From a virus (Duplodnaviria; Caudoviricetes), in IMG/VR virus record IMGVR_UViG_3300046018_000239, positions 1 to 63,997 of that record: a DNA stretch of 63,997 nucleotides. The stretch is one strand, 5' to 3'. Under the pieces are notes generated by a model. It was not told the origin of the DNA, ran no database searches, and saw nothing but the letters and a program-made list of their open reading frames with translations. The position numbers were made by a program, and so were the translations under genes. Positions 35,620-47,400 of this stretch are shown here, piece after piece. The first letter of the stretch is position 1. Each line of letters starts with the position of its first letter.

Positions 35620-38204
35620 CGCCCGATGAATGGCTGCGGAGCCTTGGAACAGGCAATGCGACGCTGGCCAGCTACCGCAACCCGGTGATCAACCTGCCGC
35701 AGGGGCTGCCGGGCTATCAGGTGCCGCTGGCACGCAGCAATGGCGCCGAGTTCCTGTATCCCGGCTTCGGCTGGGACCCGGAGCGACAGGGGCTGCCCGT
35801 CGCCCAGCAGGACTATGCGCCGAGCGCGCTGGCCGGTGTGACGGCAGCCGGGACCCCGGTGCCGAATGCGATCACGGCAAGCCGGCTCACCACCGGCGGG
35901 GGCAGCGACCTTGCCGCGACCCTGCTGACCAAAGCCGGCCTGTTTGGCGCCAGCAAACTGCTGAACAGGGTGGTGAACCCGCAGCAGGGGGCGGCGCCCT
36001 CCAGCCAGCCGACACCAGCCGATGCAGTACCGGCCGACGCAACCGGCACCGATGCGCTGACGGCACCGGACGTGACGCCGGACCCGGGCGCTGGCCAAAC
36101 CCTTGTGCAACCGGATGCTGGCCTCGATGCGTTCCCCGCGGACCCGGCCGGCGGCTACACGCTGAACGCAGCCGATCCCGGCCTGGAGCCTGCCGCGGAT
36201 GCCATCGCGGCGGATGCGCCAGCCAGCGGAGGTGGGCTGTTCGGCCAAGCCTATGACGGCGCCGCGAACTACCTCAGCAACATCAACCCCATCACGGCCG
36301 GCGCTGGGGCGCTGGGGTCCTGGGGCGGCGGCCAGCTTGCCGCATCAATCGCGCCGGGCGATGCGGAGCAGCAGCCCTTGGCGGCTTCCGTGGGCGGCAC
36401 CGCGGGTGGCGTGGCCGGCGGCGCGCTGGCCGGCGCGGCGGCGGGCGCCAGCGCGGGTAGCATCATCCCCGGCATCGGCACCTTGATCGGGGCGTTCGTC
36501 GGAGCGCTCGCCGCCGGTTCGCTGGGCGGCGGCTCGCCGGACATTCCCTATAGCTGGGCCAACGTCCACCTCGGGGATGGCGGGCTTCAGGCGGGCGGCG
36601 GCGAAGCCGGGAATGGTGGCGCCGCGGGCTACTCGACGCGGCTGGCGGGCGACGTTTCGCGCTACCTGACGACCCAGGCCACGCAAGCCGGGAACGTGAT
36701 CGACCCGACTTTCCTGGGCACCAGCTTCGATGTCGGGTCCTACAACGGCAACCTGACGTACCAGTTCAACACGCCGGGCTATGAGGGTTCGCCGCAGGGC
36801 GCGCACGAATACGACTGGCAGGGGAAGAACCCCCTGGACCTGGCGCAGTTCGCCTATTCCGACCTGGTGCGCCGCGGGGTGGTGACGCCGACGCCGCAAC
36901 TGGATTGGGCGACAGCGCAAGGCCAGGTCCAGCAGCAGCAGGATCAGGTCAAGACCGATTGGGAAGCAGCCCTTGCCGCCGGCAACAGCGATGTGCCGGA
37001 CCATTGGGACCCCAATGCGCTGAACATGACCTTCTACACGCAGCCCATGCAGCAGCTGCTTGCCGCCCAGCATCCCCGAGTGCAGACGCCCAACCTGGAG
37101 CAGCAGGGGGGCGGCGGCCCTTCGGGTGACAGCAGCGACAGTGGCGCGGCCAGCAGCGCCGAGGCAGGGACTTCCGGTTCCGCATCAGCAGGCCCGGCGG
37201 CCAGCAACAACTCCTCCGATAGCGTCAGCAGCGAGGACAGCCCCACCAGCGTGGACAGCATCGGCGACGCCTCGGCCAACGCGGGCACGCCTGCGGCCGC
37301 GCCGTCGATAACTGGCGACCCCGGGCCCGGTGGTCCGGGCGAGAGTTCGGCAGCCGCGCCGGCGAATGGCACGGGCGAGAGTTCGGCTGACAGCGGCGGC
37401 GGCCCTGGGGCACCAGGCACTGGCGGCCCCGGCGGGCCGGGTGATGCTGGCCCAGGCGACGCTGGCCCAGGTGCCGGCGAAGGCAGCGGCAGCAGCTACC
37501 GTGTCGGCGGCTTGGTCCCAGGCCCCGGCGGGGCGCCACAACCAGTCCCGATCACGGCGCACACCGGCGAGTTCGTGATCCGTCCCGAGGCCGTCCAGAA
37601 GTACGGCGAAGCCTTCCTTGAAGCCATCAACCAGGGGATTGCTCCCCGTAGCGGAGAAGCCGCGATGCCGATCATGCCGAACATGCGGCCGGGGATGATG
37701 ACGCCCGGGATGCTGCCGGGCCATCAGGAACCGGATGACGACGAGTACGGCGGGATGCCGGACGGCGATGCCGACGACCAGGGCGGTGACAACAGCGCCT
37801 CGCCGGAGTTCCCCTGGAACTCCCCCTACGGGAACGTCGCCACGGGGCCGAGCCCGTTCGAGGCCGCGACCGGGAATCCCGGGGCGCTGACGGGGCAGTC
37901 AGCGGTGGCCAACCTGCAGCGCATGGACCCGAACATGCAGGCGGCGATCCTCACCAGCATGGGCAGCAACCCCATGGTGGCGAGCGCCTGGCTGAACCTG
38001 CTGGGGCCGGGCTTCGAGCCGCTGGTGAAGACGGCGCTCGCGGCGTCCCAGGCGCTCCAGCAGCGGCAGGCGCAGATGATGGGCGGTGGCCAGCCGGGCA
38101 TGCCGCCCGGGGCGCCGCCGCAGGGCATGGCCGGCCCTCCGCCCGGCGCCGCGCCGCCGCAGCCCGGTATGCCCCCGCAGGGCATGCCTCCCGGCCGCAT
38201 GTAA
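35616..38204 (+). CDS. Putative ejection / internal virion protein
   Basis: Gly-zipper hydrophobic segment, GGLVPGPG...GEFVIRPEAVQKYG..FLEAIN motif, Pro/Met/Gly-rich tail. Confidence 0.7.
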   Translation: MTPDEWLRSLGTGNATLASYRNPVINLPQGLPGYQVPLARSNGAEFLYPGFGWDPERQGLPVAQQDYAPSALAGVTAAGTPVPNAITASRLTTGGGSDLAATLLTKAGLFGASKLLNRVVNPQQGAAPSSQPTPADAVPADATGTDALTAPDVTPDPGAGQTLVQPDAGLDAFPADPAGGYTLNAADPGLEPAADAIAADAPASGGGLFGQAYDGAANYLSNINPITAGAGALGSWGGGQLAASIAPGDAEQQPLAASVGGTAGGVAGGALAGAAAGASAGSIIPGIGTLIGAFVGALAAGSLGGGSPDIPYSWANVHLGDGGLQAGGGEAGNGGAAGYSTRLAGDVSRYLTTQATQAGNVIDPTFLGTSFDVGSYNGNLTYQFNTPGYEGSPQGAHEYDWQGKNPLDLAQFAYSDLVRRGVVTPTPQLDWATAQGQVQQQQDQVKTDWEAALAAGNSDVPDHWDPNALNMTFYTQPMQQLLAAQHPRVQTPNLEQQGGGGPSGDSSDSGAASSAEAGTSGSASAGPAASNNSSDSVSSEDSPTSVDSIGDASANAGTPAAAPSITGDPGPGGPGESSAAAPANGTGESSADSGGGPGAPGTGGPGGPGDAGPGDAGPGAGEGSGSSYRVGGLVPGPGGAPQPVPITAHTGEFVIRPEAVQKYGEAFLEAINQGIAPRSGEAAMPIMPNMRPGMMTPGMLPGHQEPDDDEYGGMPDGDADDQGGDNSASPEFPWNSPYGNVATGPSPFEAATGNPGALTGQSAVANLQRMDPNMQAAILTSMGSNPMVASAWLNLLGPGFEPLVKTALAASQALQQRQAQMMGGGQPGMPPGAPPQGMAGPPPGAAPPQPGMPPQGMPPGRM

Positions 38205-38219
38205 TAGGAGAGCAGAGCC

Positions 38220-39191
38220 ATGGGCATGTTCGACGATTGGGGCTTGAGCGACCTGTTCTCCGGGCTGTTCGGCGGTGACGGCGGCGGCGGTGGCCCCGAC
38301 CTGGGAGCGATCGAGCAGACCCCGTTGCCCGACTTGCCCGGCTACACCCCCGGCGGCATCGAAGACCCCTCGCTTCCGATGCCGCCCCCAGCGCCGCCCG
38401 GTGACCCAGGCTCCGCCGGCGGCAAAAGCTGGTTCGGCCAGGCTACCGACGCGCTGGGCGGCGGGCGCGGCCTCGCCTCGCTCGCGGGCCTTGGCCTGGG
38501 CGCTGGGCTATCCGCCTCCGGCAACACCGCGGCGGCGAACACGGCCAGTGACGCGGCGGTGCGCGCGGCGCAGATCCAGGCCGACGCACAGGCGCAGGCC
38601 AGGGCCGCCTACCAGAAGAACGCGCTGGCGGGCATCGACGCGGTGAATACCGGCGTGAACAACTATGCCGCCACCATCAACCCGCTGCTGACGCCGAACC
38701 CGATCATGCTGCCGCAGTACCGCGGCCTGACGACCAGCCAGCAGATCGGCCTCGCCGACCTCGACCGGAACAACAAGGCGACTCTGGCCGCGTCCGGGCT
38801 GCGTGGTGCCGGCCGGGCGGGCATCGGCACGGTGATGGACAGCGAGAGCCGGTACATCGCCAACGCGCAGGATGGCAATGACCGGCAGCGCCTGCAGGCC
38901 ATGCAGCAGGCGCAGCAGACCGCGAACAGCGCCCGCACCGGCCTGGCGGGGGTCTATGCCGGCCAGGGCAGCACCATCGCCAACATCGAGACGGGCATCG
39001 GCAACAACGCCTCTGGCTCGCTGGCGACGACCGGCAACAACACGGCCGCCGCGGTCAACACGGTGGGGCAGACCCAGGCCGGAGCTACCCTGGCGAATAC
39101 GCAACTGGCTGGTGGCGCGCTGGGCAGCATCGGCGCCACGCTGGCGCGGGCCAGCAAAGCCGACAAAGCCGACGCCTACGGTCCCGTTTAA
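38220..39191 (+). CDS. DNA transfer/ejection protein (P22 gp7-like)
   Basis: AGGAG RBS; Ala/Gln/Asn/Gly-rich; AASGLRGAG motif; position. Confidence 0.7.
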   Translation: MGMFDDWGLSDLFSGLFGGDGGGGGPDLGAIEQTPLPDLPGYTPGGIEDPSLPMPPPAPPGDPGSAGGKSWFGQATDALGGGRGLASLAGLGLGAGLSASGNTAAANTASDAAVRAAQIQADAQAQARAAYQKNALAGIDAVNTGVNNYAATINPLLTPNPIMLPQYRGLTTSQQIGLADLDRNNKATLAASGLRGAGRAGIGTVMDSESRYIANAQDGNDRQRLQAMQQAQQTANSARTGLAGVYAGQGSTIANIETGIGNNASGSLATTGNNTAAAVNTVGQTQAGATLANTQLAGGALGSIGATLARASKADKADAYGPV

Positions 39192-39202
39192 GGAGCAAGG
39201 CC

Positions 39203-40861
39203 ATGTCGCTCGCCTTCATCACTTCCGACCCGGCCGCCGCCGCCTACGACGCGCAGTCCGCGCGCATTCGTAGGGACGACGAGGAGACCAAGGCGCAGAA
39301 CGTAGATGCGGCCATGCGCCGTGGCCTCGGCGGCGTTTATGCCAACAGCCCAGCCACCGCGCCGCCGGTGGTTAGCGATATGCCGACTGATGCCGTGACG
39401 CCGCCGGCCCGGATGGAGCCAACCAATCCAGCGCCGCCGCCGCGGGCGGTGCCAGCCGCTACTGTCCGGCCGGAGAATGCCCCGGCCGTGGCCGCGCGCG
39501 AGCGAATCATGCGCGACCTACCGCCTGACCAGCAGCCTGCCGCGCTCGCGCAGGTCAGCGCCTCGGTCGCAAGCGGCCGAGGGCTGCCCGCAGCGCCGGT
39601 CTATGGCGGCGTCCGGCCTGATGCAGAGGCCCCGGGGTGGGACCGTGGCTTGGCCGCACCCTCTGGCGCCGTCCCAGCGATCGCTCCAGCAGCGGGCGCG
39701 GTGCCCGCCATGCCGCCGCCATCACCGCAATACGCCCAGGCCGGCGGAGGCGGCTACCGTCAGTTCAATCCGCTGGCCGGCGTCGTCGCTGAACTGTCGC
39801 GCACGCCCGGTGGTGGCGCGGCTGCGATGCAGGCGGCCATCGCCGGCGAAGGGATGGCGACGAAGCGCGCCATTGGAGACGGGCGCCTCCAGGCCGCGCA
39901 GGGGACTGACCGTCGCCGGGCCGAGCAGGCTGCCATGACGGCCCTCGGGAAGGGCGACCTGCAGGTCTATTCGTATTGGGCGCAGCGTGCGGGCATCAAC
40001 CTGCCTGACTCGGTGCTGCAGAGCGAGCAGGGCCGGCAGCGCGTAGCGACTGGCTCTCTCCTGGCCCAGCGGTTCTACAGCGACAAAGGCCAGATGCAGA
40101 ACTTCGTGCGGGCCTACATGCAGACCGGCGATGCTATGGCGGCTGCGACGGCAGCCGGTCGGCCCGTGGATGCCCCGGCTCAGTGGTCGCCGTCGTGGGT
40201 GCAGAACGCACAGGGCGAGATCGTCCAGATGTGGCAGAACCGGCGCGACCCGACGCAGGCGCCCGTGTTCGGCCAGATGCCGGCAGCACCGGCACCGGGC
40301 GCGACGGCCGGTCCAGCGGCGGCACCAGCGGGTGGGGCTCCTGCCGCGCCGCCGGCAGCCGGTGCGCCGGGCGGCCAAGTTCTCCGGCCACCCAGCAGCG
40401 GCGCGCAGGCCCGCGAGGCTGACCGGATGATACGCCTGCGGATGTTGAAGGCGGCCGGGCTCGACGATAGGCAGGCGAACCTCATTGCCGGCGGCGCGGC
40501 GATCACGCCGAGTACGTTGGCCCGCGTCTATACCAGCGTCGCCAACGAAGTCGGCGCTGATGTTCTGATTGCGCAGCCGCAGAAGGCCGCGGAAGTCGAA
40601 CGGCGCATGGCCGCATTCGGCCCCAACTGGCGTCAGATGCTTGCAGGCGGTCTCCCAGGTGGAGGGTCCTCGACTACGACCGCGCCCCCGCCTCCAGCCC
40701 CGGCCGCGCCCGCCGCAGCCGCGCCGCCGGCCAACCCTCGTGGCCTGCCCGTGCCCCGTACTCCGCAAGAAGCGAGGATGCTGCCGCCGGGGACTGAGTT
40801 CATGACGCCGGATGGCCGCACCCTACGCGTGCCAGCCGCGGCACCGGCGGCCGCCCCATGA
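39203..40861 (+). CDS. Putative ejection protein
   Basis: AAGGAG RBS; C-terminal LPPGTEFMTPDG motif; position. Confidence 0.7.
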   Translation: MSLAFITSDPAAAAYDAQSARIRRDDEETKAQNVDAAMRRGLGGVYANSPATAPPVVSDMPTDAVTPPARMEPTNPAPPPRAVPAATVRPENAPAVAARERIMRDLPPDQQPAALAQVSASVASGRGLPAAPVYGGVRPDAEAPGWDRGLAAPSGAVPAIAPAAGAVPAMPPPSPQYAQAGGGGYRQFNPLAGVVAELSRTPGGGAAAMQAAIAGEGMATKRAIGDGRLQAAQGTDRRRAEQAAMTALGKGDLQVYSYWAQRAGINLPDSVLQSEQGRQRVATGSLLAQRFYSDKGQMQNFVRAYMQTGDAMAAATAAGRPVDAPAQWSPSWVQNAQGEIVQMWQNRRDPTQAPVFGQMPAAPAPGATAGPAAAPAGGAPAAPPAAGAPGGQVLRPPSSGAQAREADRMIRLRMLKAAGLDDRQANLIAGGAAITPSTLARVYTSVANEVGADVLIAQPQKAAEVERRMAAFGPNWRQMLAGGLPGGGSSTTTAPPPPAPAAPAAAAPPANPRGLPVPRTPQEARMLPPGTEFMTPDGRTLRVPAAAPAAAP

Positions 40862-41442
40862 GTGGAGCGGACCCTTGGGCCGACTTCGAGCCGGTGCAGG
40901 GCGGCCCGGCTGGAATGACCTCGCTTGCCCCTGCTCAGGAAGCAGCTTTCCGCGGGACTTGGGCACCTGAAGTGGCCCGCCTTCAGGGCCGCTCAATCGG
41001 CGATCTGATGCGCGACCAGCAGGACTACGACCTGCGTGCCGCATACCGAGCCGGCGCCATGCCGGATGCGGATGGGCACCTCACTGATCTCGGCAAGCTG
41101 CCCAACCATCCGACCTTCTCGGAGGGCTCGGTCTATTCGACCCCAGCGCAGCGCGGTGGCCGGTGGATGGAAGATGGGCGAGGCAACGACCTGTTCTCCC
41201 CAGCGCCGACGAACCTGCGGCACCGCAGCTTGCCGGAGATGCGGCAATATTTCCGCGAGCGCGAACGGCCTGGCGCGCGGGTGCTGACCCCGCGAGGCGT
41301 GACCCCAATTCAGGGATGGGACGAGCCCGCTGCTATCCCGCCGGCCACTGTCCCCCGGCTCATGGGGGAAGACCCACGCCAAGGCCTGGCGTCCGTGACG
41401 GCGCAGCCCGCGCCTCCTCCGATACCCGAGGGCCAACCATGA
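40858..41442 (+). CDS. Hypothetical protein with DYDLR / KLPNHPTFS motif
   Basis: ATGA overlaps at both ends; DPWADFEPV N-terminus. Confidence 0.75.
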   Translation: MSGADPWADFEPVQGGPAGMTSLAPAQEAAFRGTWAPEVARLQGRSIGDLMRDQQDYDLRAAYRAGAMPDADGHLTDLGKLPNHPTFSEGSVYSTPAQRGGRWMEDGRGNDLFSPAPTNLRHRSLPEMRQYFRERERPGARVLTPRGVTPIQGWDEPAAIPPATVPRLMGEDPRQGLASVTAQPAPPPIPEGQP

Positions 41443-44400
41443 CGAACCTCGCTTCTGACGATTGGGCTGGCTTTGAGCCAGTGGCCGCTGACGAGTGGGC
41501 TGGCTTTGAGGCGGCCCCGGCCGTTCCGCCACGCCAGGCCGAACCGCGCAGCCCCACCGAGCCCCCGATCGTGGCCGGGCAACCCTTCTGGCGCCCCGGT
41601 GCTGCCGAAGCTCCCCGCGCGCTGGAGGCGGTATCTGCCGCGCCCCCGCCAGCGCAGGCGGCATCCCCACCTCCGCCGCCCGCAGGCCCGCCGGCCCCGC
41701 GCATGGGCAACCCCGGCGCCCGCATGGCGCGGCCCATCGAAGGGTTCGACGAACCTGCGCCGCTGCCCGGCCCCCAGCCGCTCATGCAGGAAGTGCCGAT
41801 GGAGTTGTTCCCCGGCAGCCCGCGGAATCTGCGGCCGGCGGGGCAGCGGGTGGATACCCTCAACTTCACGGACCCGCAGGGCCGCGTCACCAGCACGGTG
41901 CGCCAGCCGGTGCCCGACGACATGGCGACGCCGCGCCCGCCGCCGGAGTTCCCGGACCCGCAGGAATACACGCGCCCGCAGCAGCGCGACTACGCCAGCC
42001 TGACGCCAGGCCAGCGCGCCGGGGACCAGCTGCGCAGCGGCGTGGAGACGCTGAAGCAGGGCATCGACAGCATGGGGCTGGGCGGCATCTACGGCCAGTT
42101 GCAGCAGATCGACCGGGCCGACCAAGCCGCGGCGAGCGGTACGCCTCTGGCAAGCCCGCGCCGCATGGAGGCGGCGGCCGGCGGCGGCATGGACGCGCTC
42201 TCCCCGCAGCAGCGCGCCATCATGCGCGAGCGGCTGGAGGCCGAGGCCGGCCAGAAGCTGACCAGCATCATCACCTCCTCCAACCGGCAGGCGCTGCTTG
42301 CCAGCAACCCGGCCGCGCGTGCCATCACCGAAGCCGGCAACGAAGGCCGCTGGCGCGACGCCTGGCGCATCTTCCTGACGGACCCGGGCGGAATCATCCA
42401 GCAGTTCGCCGTCGAGAGCGCGCCCCTATCGGCGCCGATGATCGTCGGCGGCTTGGCGGCTGGCCTTGTCGGCGGCCCCGTCCTCGGCGCGCTGACCGCG
42501 TTCGGCGGCAGCTACGGGACCGAGTTCGGCCCCGGCCAGGTGCAGGCCATCCTGGAGGCGCTACGGGCCCGTGGGGTGGACGTGACCGACGAGCGGGCCG
42601 TGGCCGGATTCCTCCGCACGGACCCGCAGATTGCCATCGACGCAGCCAGCGAGGCCGGGCGTGCCGCGCTTGGCCCGGCCGCCTTCGACGCCATGGGCAT
42701 GGGCGCGGCCGGCGGCCTCCGGCGCGGCGCGGGCTTCCTGCGGAATGCCGGGGTCGTGGGGCGGAATACCGGCCTTGAACTGGCGGGCGAGCCGGCTGGT
42801 GCCGCGCTGGGCCAGATCCTCGGCGGCGGCAGCATCGACAAGCCGGGCGATCTGATCGGCGAGTTCCTCGGCGCCGGGCCGCAGGTCGTCGGCAGCACGG
42901 CCTACGGCACGCTGATGGAGATGCGGCAGCCTTCACCCCTGGCCGGCGTGACGGCACAGCAGCCGCAGGACCAGACCACCACGGCGCCCAACCCGGGCAT
43001 GCCGGCAGACCCCCAGGCGCCTCCTCCGGCAGCCGGGGTGCCTCCGTCCCAGGTGCAGCCTACGCAGGACGTCCCGCCTGCCGCGCCTGGGGCGGGGGCT
43101 GCTGTCCCCCCCGCTGGGCCAGCGCCTCCTCCGGTCCACGTCAACCCCGGCGCCCCGGACCTGGAGGCGGACCTTCAGGACCCGCGCCCGGCCGAGCAGA
43201 TCGAGGCGGAGAAGGAGGCAGCCGCACAGGCTGCCCTCCAGCAGGCCCAGGCCGCGCTTCCCCGCGGCTGGACGGTGGAGCGCCAGGACGGCGACTTCCT
43301 GCTGTTGGACCCGCACGGCAACGAGGCTGGGGCGCTGAACCGCGCTCCCGATGCCGAGGCGGTAGAAGGCTGGCGGCGGCTGGCAGAGCAGGCCAACGCG
43401 ACGGGGGTCTATAACGACGCCATCCGCGACGGCGACGGCACGAAGGCCGCGCCGGTGCAGGCCGTGCGCCCGGGTGACGTGGACCATGCTGCCGGCCAAG
43501 CCAACCCCGCGCCGACGCCAGCCCAGGCCGAGGCAGGGAACTACGCCAAGGGGCATGTCCGACTGCATGGCTTGGACATCGCCATCGAGACGCGGAAGGG
43601 CGAGACGCGCACCGGAGTTGGGGCTGATGGGCGCCCGTGGTCCGTCCAGATGCCGGCCCACTATGGCGAGGTGAAGGGCACGGTCGGCAGCGACGGCGAC
43701 GCGGTGGACGTGTACCTCGGCCACGACGCCGAGAACCCGAACGGCACGGTCTATGTCATCGACCAGGTGGATGCCGACACCGGCAAGTTCGACGAGCATA
43801 AGGCCATCATCGGCGCCGGCTCGCTGGCTGAGGCGCAGCGCCTGTACCACGCCGCGTTCAACGATGGCCGCGGCCCGGATCGCATGGGCGCGGTGCTGCC
43901 GCTGACCCTGCCGGAGTTCAAGGCCTGGCTGGCGAGCGGCAAGACGAAGCAGCCGCTGAACCCGGCGCAGATCTCCAAGGGCATCCGCGACCGGCGCGCT
44001 GCGGCCGCCCAGCAGCAGAAGGCCGAGGCTGACGCGAAGGCGGCCCAGGCGGCGGAGGAGAAGGCCCGGAAGGATGCCGAGGGGCAGAAGGTCAAGGCCG
44101 AGGCTGACAAGCGCGCCGACGCGGCCAAGCAGTACCAGCGCGTCCGCAGCCTGATCCACAAGCTGCGTGAAGCGGGCATGACGGACTATGCCAAGAGCCT
44201 GGCCGAGATGGTCCAGAACAACCGCAAGCAGGGCGTGCCGCCGGGCGCCGCCGGCGTGGACGAACTGGAGGCTTCGGTCACGCGGACCATTGCCCAGCAC
44301 ATCGAGAAGCAGGAGGCCGAGCGCGTCCGCAAGCTGGCCGAGCAGAAGCGCCGGCAGGACCTGGAGGCGGAACAGAAAAAGGCCAAGGAGGAGGCCGCGG

Positions 44401-47400
44401 CCCCCGAGGGAGAAAAAGGGGAGAAGAAAGGGGAGAAAACTGCCGCCCCCAAGCCGGAGCCTGTGGCGCCAGCGGTCGATCCAGAACCGTCGCCTGCGCC
44501 CGCCCCGGCCGGCCCTAAGCTGCTAGTGTCCGACGACCGCATGGCGGAACTGAAAGCCAAGCTGAAGGCCAAGATGCAGGGCCAGTTGAACGCTGGCCTG
44601 GACCCCGAGATGATCGCCCTCGGCGCGGAACTGGCGGTTGGCTACCTGGAGCGCGGCACCCGCCGGTTCGCCGCTTGGTCCGCACAAGTTGTTTCGGACC
44701 TCGGGGAAGAAGTGCGCCCTTTCCTCCGGGCATGGTACGAGAGCGCCCGCTACTACCCCGGGTTCGACAATGCCGGCATGACGCCGGCCGCGCAGATCGA
44801 CAGCGGGGAACCCGAAGGAGACGACAATGCTGACGGACAGGGAGGTTCTGACGCTTCAGGCGGAGGCACGGCGCCGGCGGCGGGACCCGCAGTTGATCCA
44901 GAACCTGGAAATGCACAGCCGGATCCTGAAGTCGTGGGAGACGGAGCGCCCGGCGATGTGGGCGCGGCTCCAGACGCAGAACCTGTCGGAGACGATGGCC
45001 TTCCTGGCGCAACAGCGGATGTGGGAGGAACGGGACCGGCTGGTGGAAGCGGGAATGCCGATAACGGACGCCCGCGAGGAGGCCGAGCGCAACCATCTTC
45101 TGCTGGGGCCGGAAGCGGAAACGGAGGAAACGGCGCCGCCGACGGAGGAACTGGAGGAAGCGGTGCAGGAAGTGCCGGAGGTGTAGCCACCCCGAGCCCG
45201 GCGGGCCCTTCCGCCGGCGACTTCCACATTGATGACCCCGCGGCCTACCTGGGCGGCGGGCCGGTCGCGCGGTTCAACCGCAACCGCGCCGCGATCGAGA
45301 CGCTGAACGCCGTCCGGGACAGCGACCGCCCTGCCACCCGCGAGGAGCAGGAGAAGTTGGCCGGCTATACCGGCTGGGGTTCCTTCGGCCAGGACCTGTT
45401 CAAAGGTTCATGGCAGAACCCCAATCCTCGGCCCGGTTGGGAGGAGCGCGACCGCTGGCTACGCGCGCACCTGGGCCGCCCGGCCTGGGAATCAGCCCAG
45501 GCCAGCATCCTCAACGCCCACTACACGGACCCGCCCGTGGTGCTGGCCATGTGGGACATGGTGCGCCGCGCCGGCTTCGAGGGTGGCAGGGTACTGGAGC
45601 CGTCCATGGGCACCGGCAACTTCTTCTCCCTCATGCCGCAGGACTTGAAGGCCCGCAGCGACCTGACGGGAATCGAGTTGGACACGACCACGGCGGAAAT
45701 CTCCAAGCTGCTGTTCCCGGACTCCAACGTGCGGCAGATGCCGTATCAGGACAGCCGCACCCCGGACGGCTTCTATGACGTGGTGATCGGCAATTGGCCC
45801 TTCGCCGGTCAGACCGTCGCCGACCGCCGCCACGGCAAGATGAAGCCGACGCTGCATGACTTCTTCTTCCTGAAGGCGCTGGACCAGGCGCGCGCCGGCG
45901 GCCTTGTCATCGGCATCACCAGCCACGGCACCATGGACAAGGAGGGCACGCGGGTACGCGCGCACCTGGCGCGCAACGCGGAACTTGTGGCGGCCATCCG
46001 CCTGCCGACCGGCGCGTTCGAAGGCTACGCCGGGACTGCGGTGGTCACGGACATCGTGGTGCTGAAGAAGCGGGCGACCCCACTGCTGGAAACTCCGGAC
46101 GAAGCCTGGGTAAAGGCGAGTATGGTGCCGACGCCGGCCGGCCCGGAGGTGCGCCTGAACGAATACTTCCGGCAGAATCCGGAGCGCGTGCTGGGCACCG
46201 TCAACTTCGGCAGCGGCACGACGCAAGGCTCGGCTGGGCTGATCGTGGATCGGCCCGACAACCTGATGGAGAAGCTGACCGCTGCGGTCGAGGCGATCCC
46301 CGAAGGCGCCTATGAGCGCGAGCGCGCCAACGACCACATCACCTACATCACCAACCACACCGCCGACCGCGAGGGCGCCCTGGTGTTCCAGGGCGATGAG
46401 GCGTTCGTCGTGCGCGGCGAGCAGCTTGCCCCGGCCCACCAGGTCGCCAAGTTCCTGGTGAAGTCGGCGAAGGAGAACGCATCGCGGTTGCAGCAGCTGC
46501 GCGACCTGGTGGCCATGCGCCGCGCCTACGCCGAACTCATCACGAAAGAGCGCGCCGGCCAAGATGCCGAAGCGGAGCGCACCACGCTGCGCCAGCAGTT
46601 CGAGGCATTCACCAAGGCGAATGGCCCGCTGAACAAGTCGTTCGGCCTGGCCTACTTGAGCAAGATCGACGACCCGTTCTACCCGGCGCTGGCGGCGCTG
46701 ATGACGAAGGACGGCAAGCCGGCGGCGATCCTGTCGCGCTCGACGATGCGCGCGAAGCCGAAGCTGGAGAACCCCAGCATCGCCGACGCCTTCGTGTTGG
46801 CCCGGCAGCAGAGCATCCGGCCGACGCTGGCCGAGATCGCGGCGCTGACCGGCAAGCCGGCAGACGAGGTGAAGGCCGGGCTAATCAAGTCCGGCGCGGT
46901 GTTCGAGACGGTGGACGGGGACGTGGAACCGTCCGACCTGTACCTGTCCGGAAATGTCCGGGTGAAGCTACGCCAGGCGCAGGCGGCGGTCGCCGAGGGC
47001 CAGAAGCACCTCCAGCGGAACGTGGACGCGCTGAAAGAGGTGCAGCCCAAGGACGTGCCCTACTACGACATCGAGGTGCAGCTTGGCGCGACCTGGGTGC
47101 CGGAGGACGTGTACGAGGATTACGTCGCGCACATGCTGAACCGGCCCAACACCGAGGGCATCAACATCCGGTTCACGCTGGGGCGGTGGAAGGCGCGGTT
47201 GACCGGGCTGAACAACCTCTCCGCGGCCCGCAGTGGCTTCGGCATGGATGACCGGCGCGTGCCGTTCTCCCGCCTCCTCCAGGCGGCAATGTCCAACCAG
47301 ACCTTCAAGGTCATGGCGAAGGACGACAAGGGGACCGAATACGTGGACCCCAAGCCGACCAAGCAGGCGGCCGACCGCATCGCCAATATCCGGGCATCCT

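Noticed and set aside
41163-41438. Upstream extension of the giant ORF
   Set aside because: Overlaps the 40858..41442 gene; ATG 41439 has an ATGA overlap and a tag-like N-terminus.
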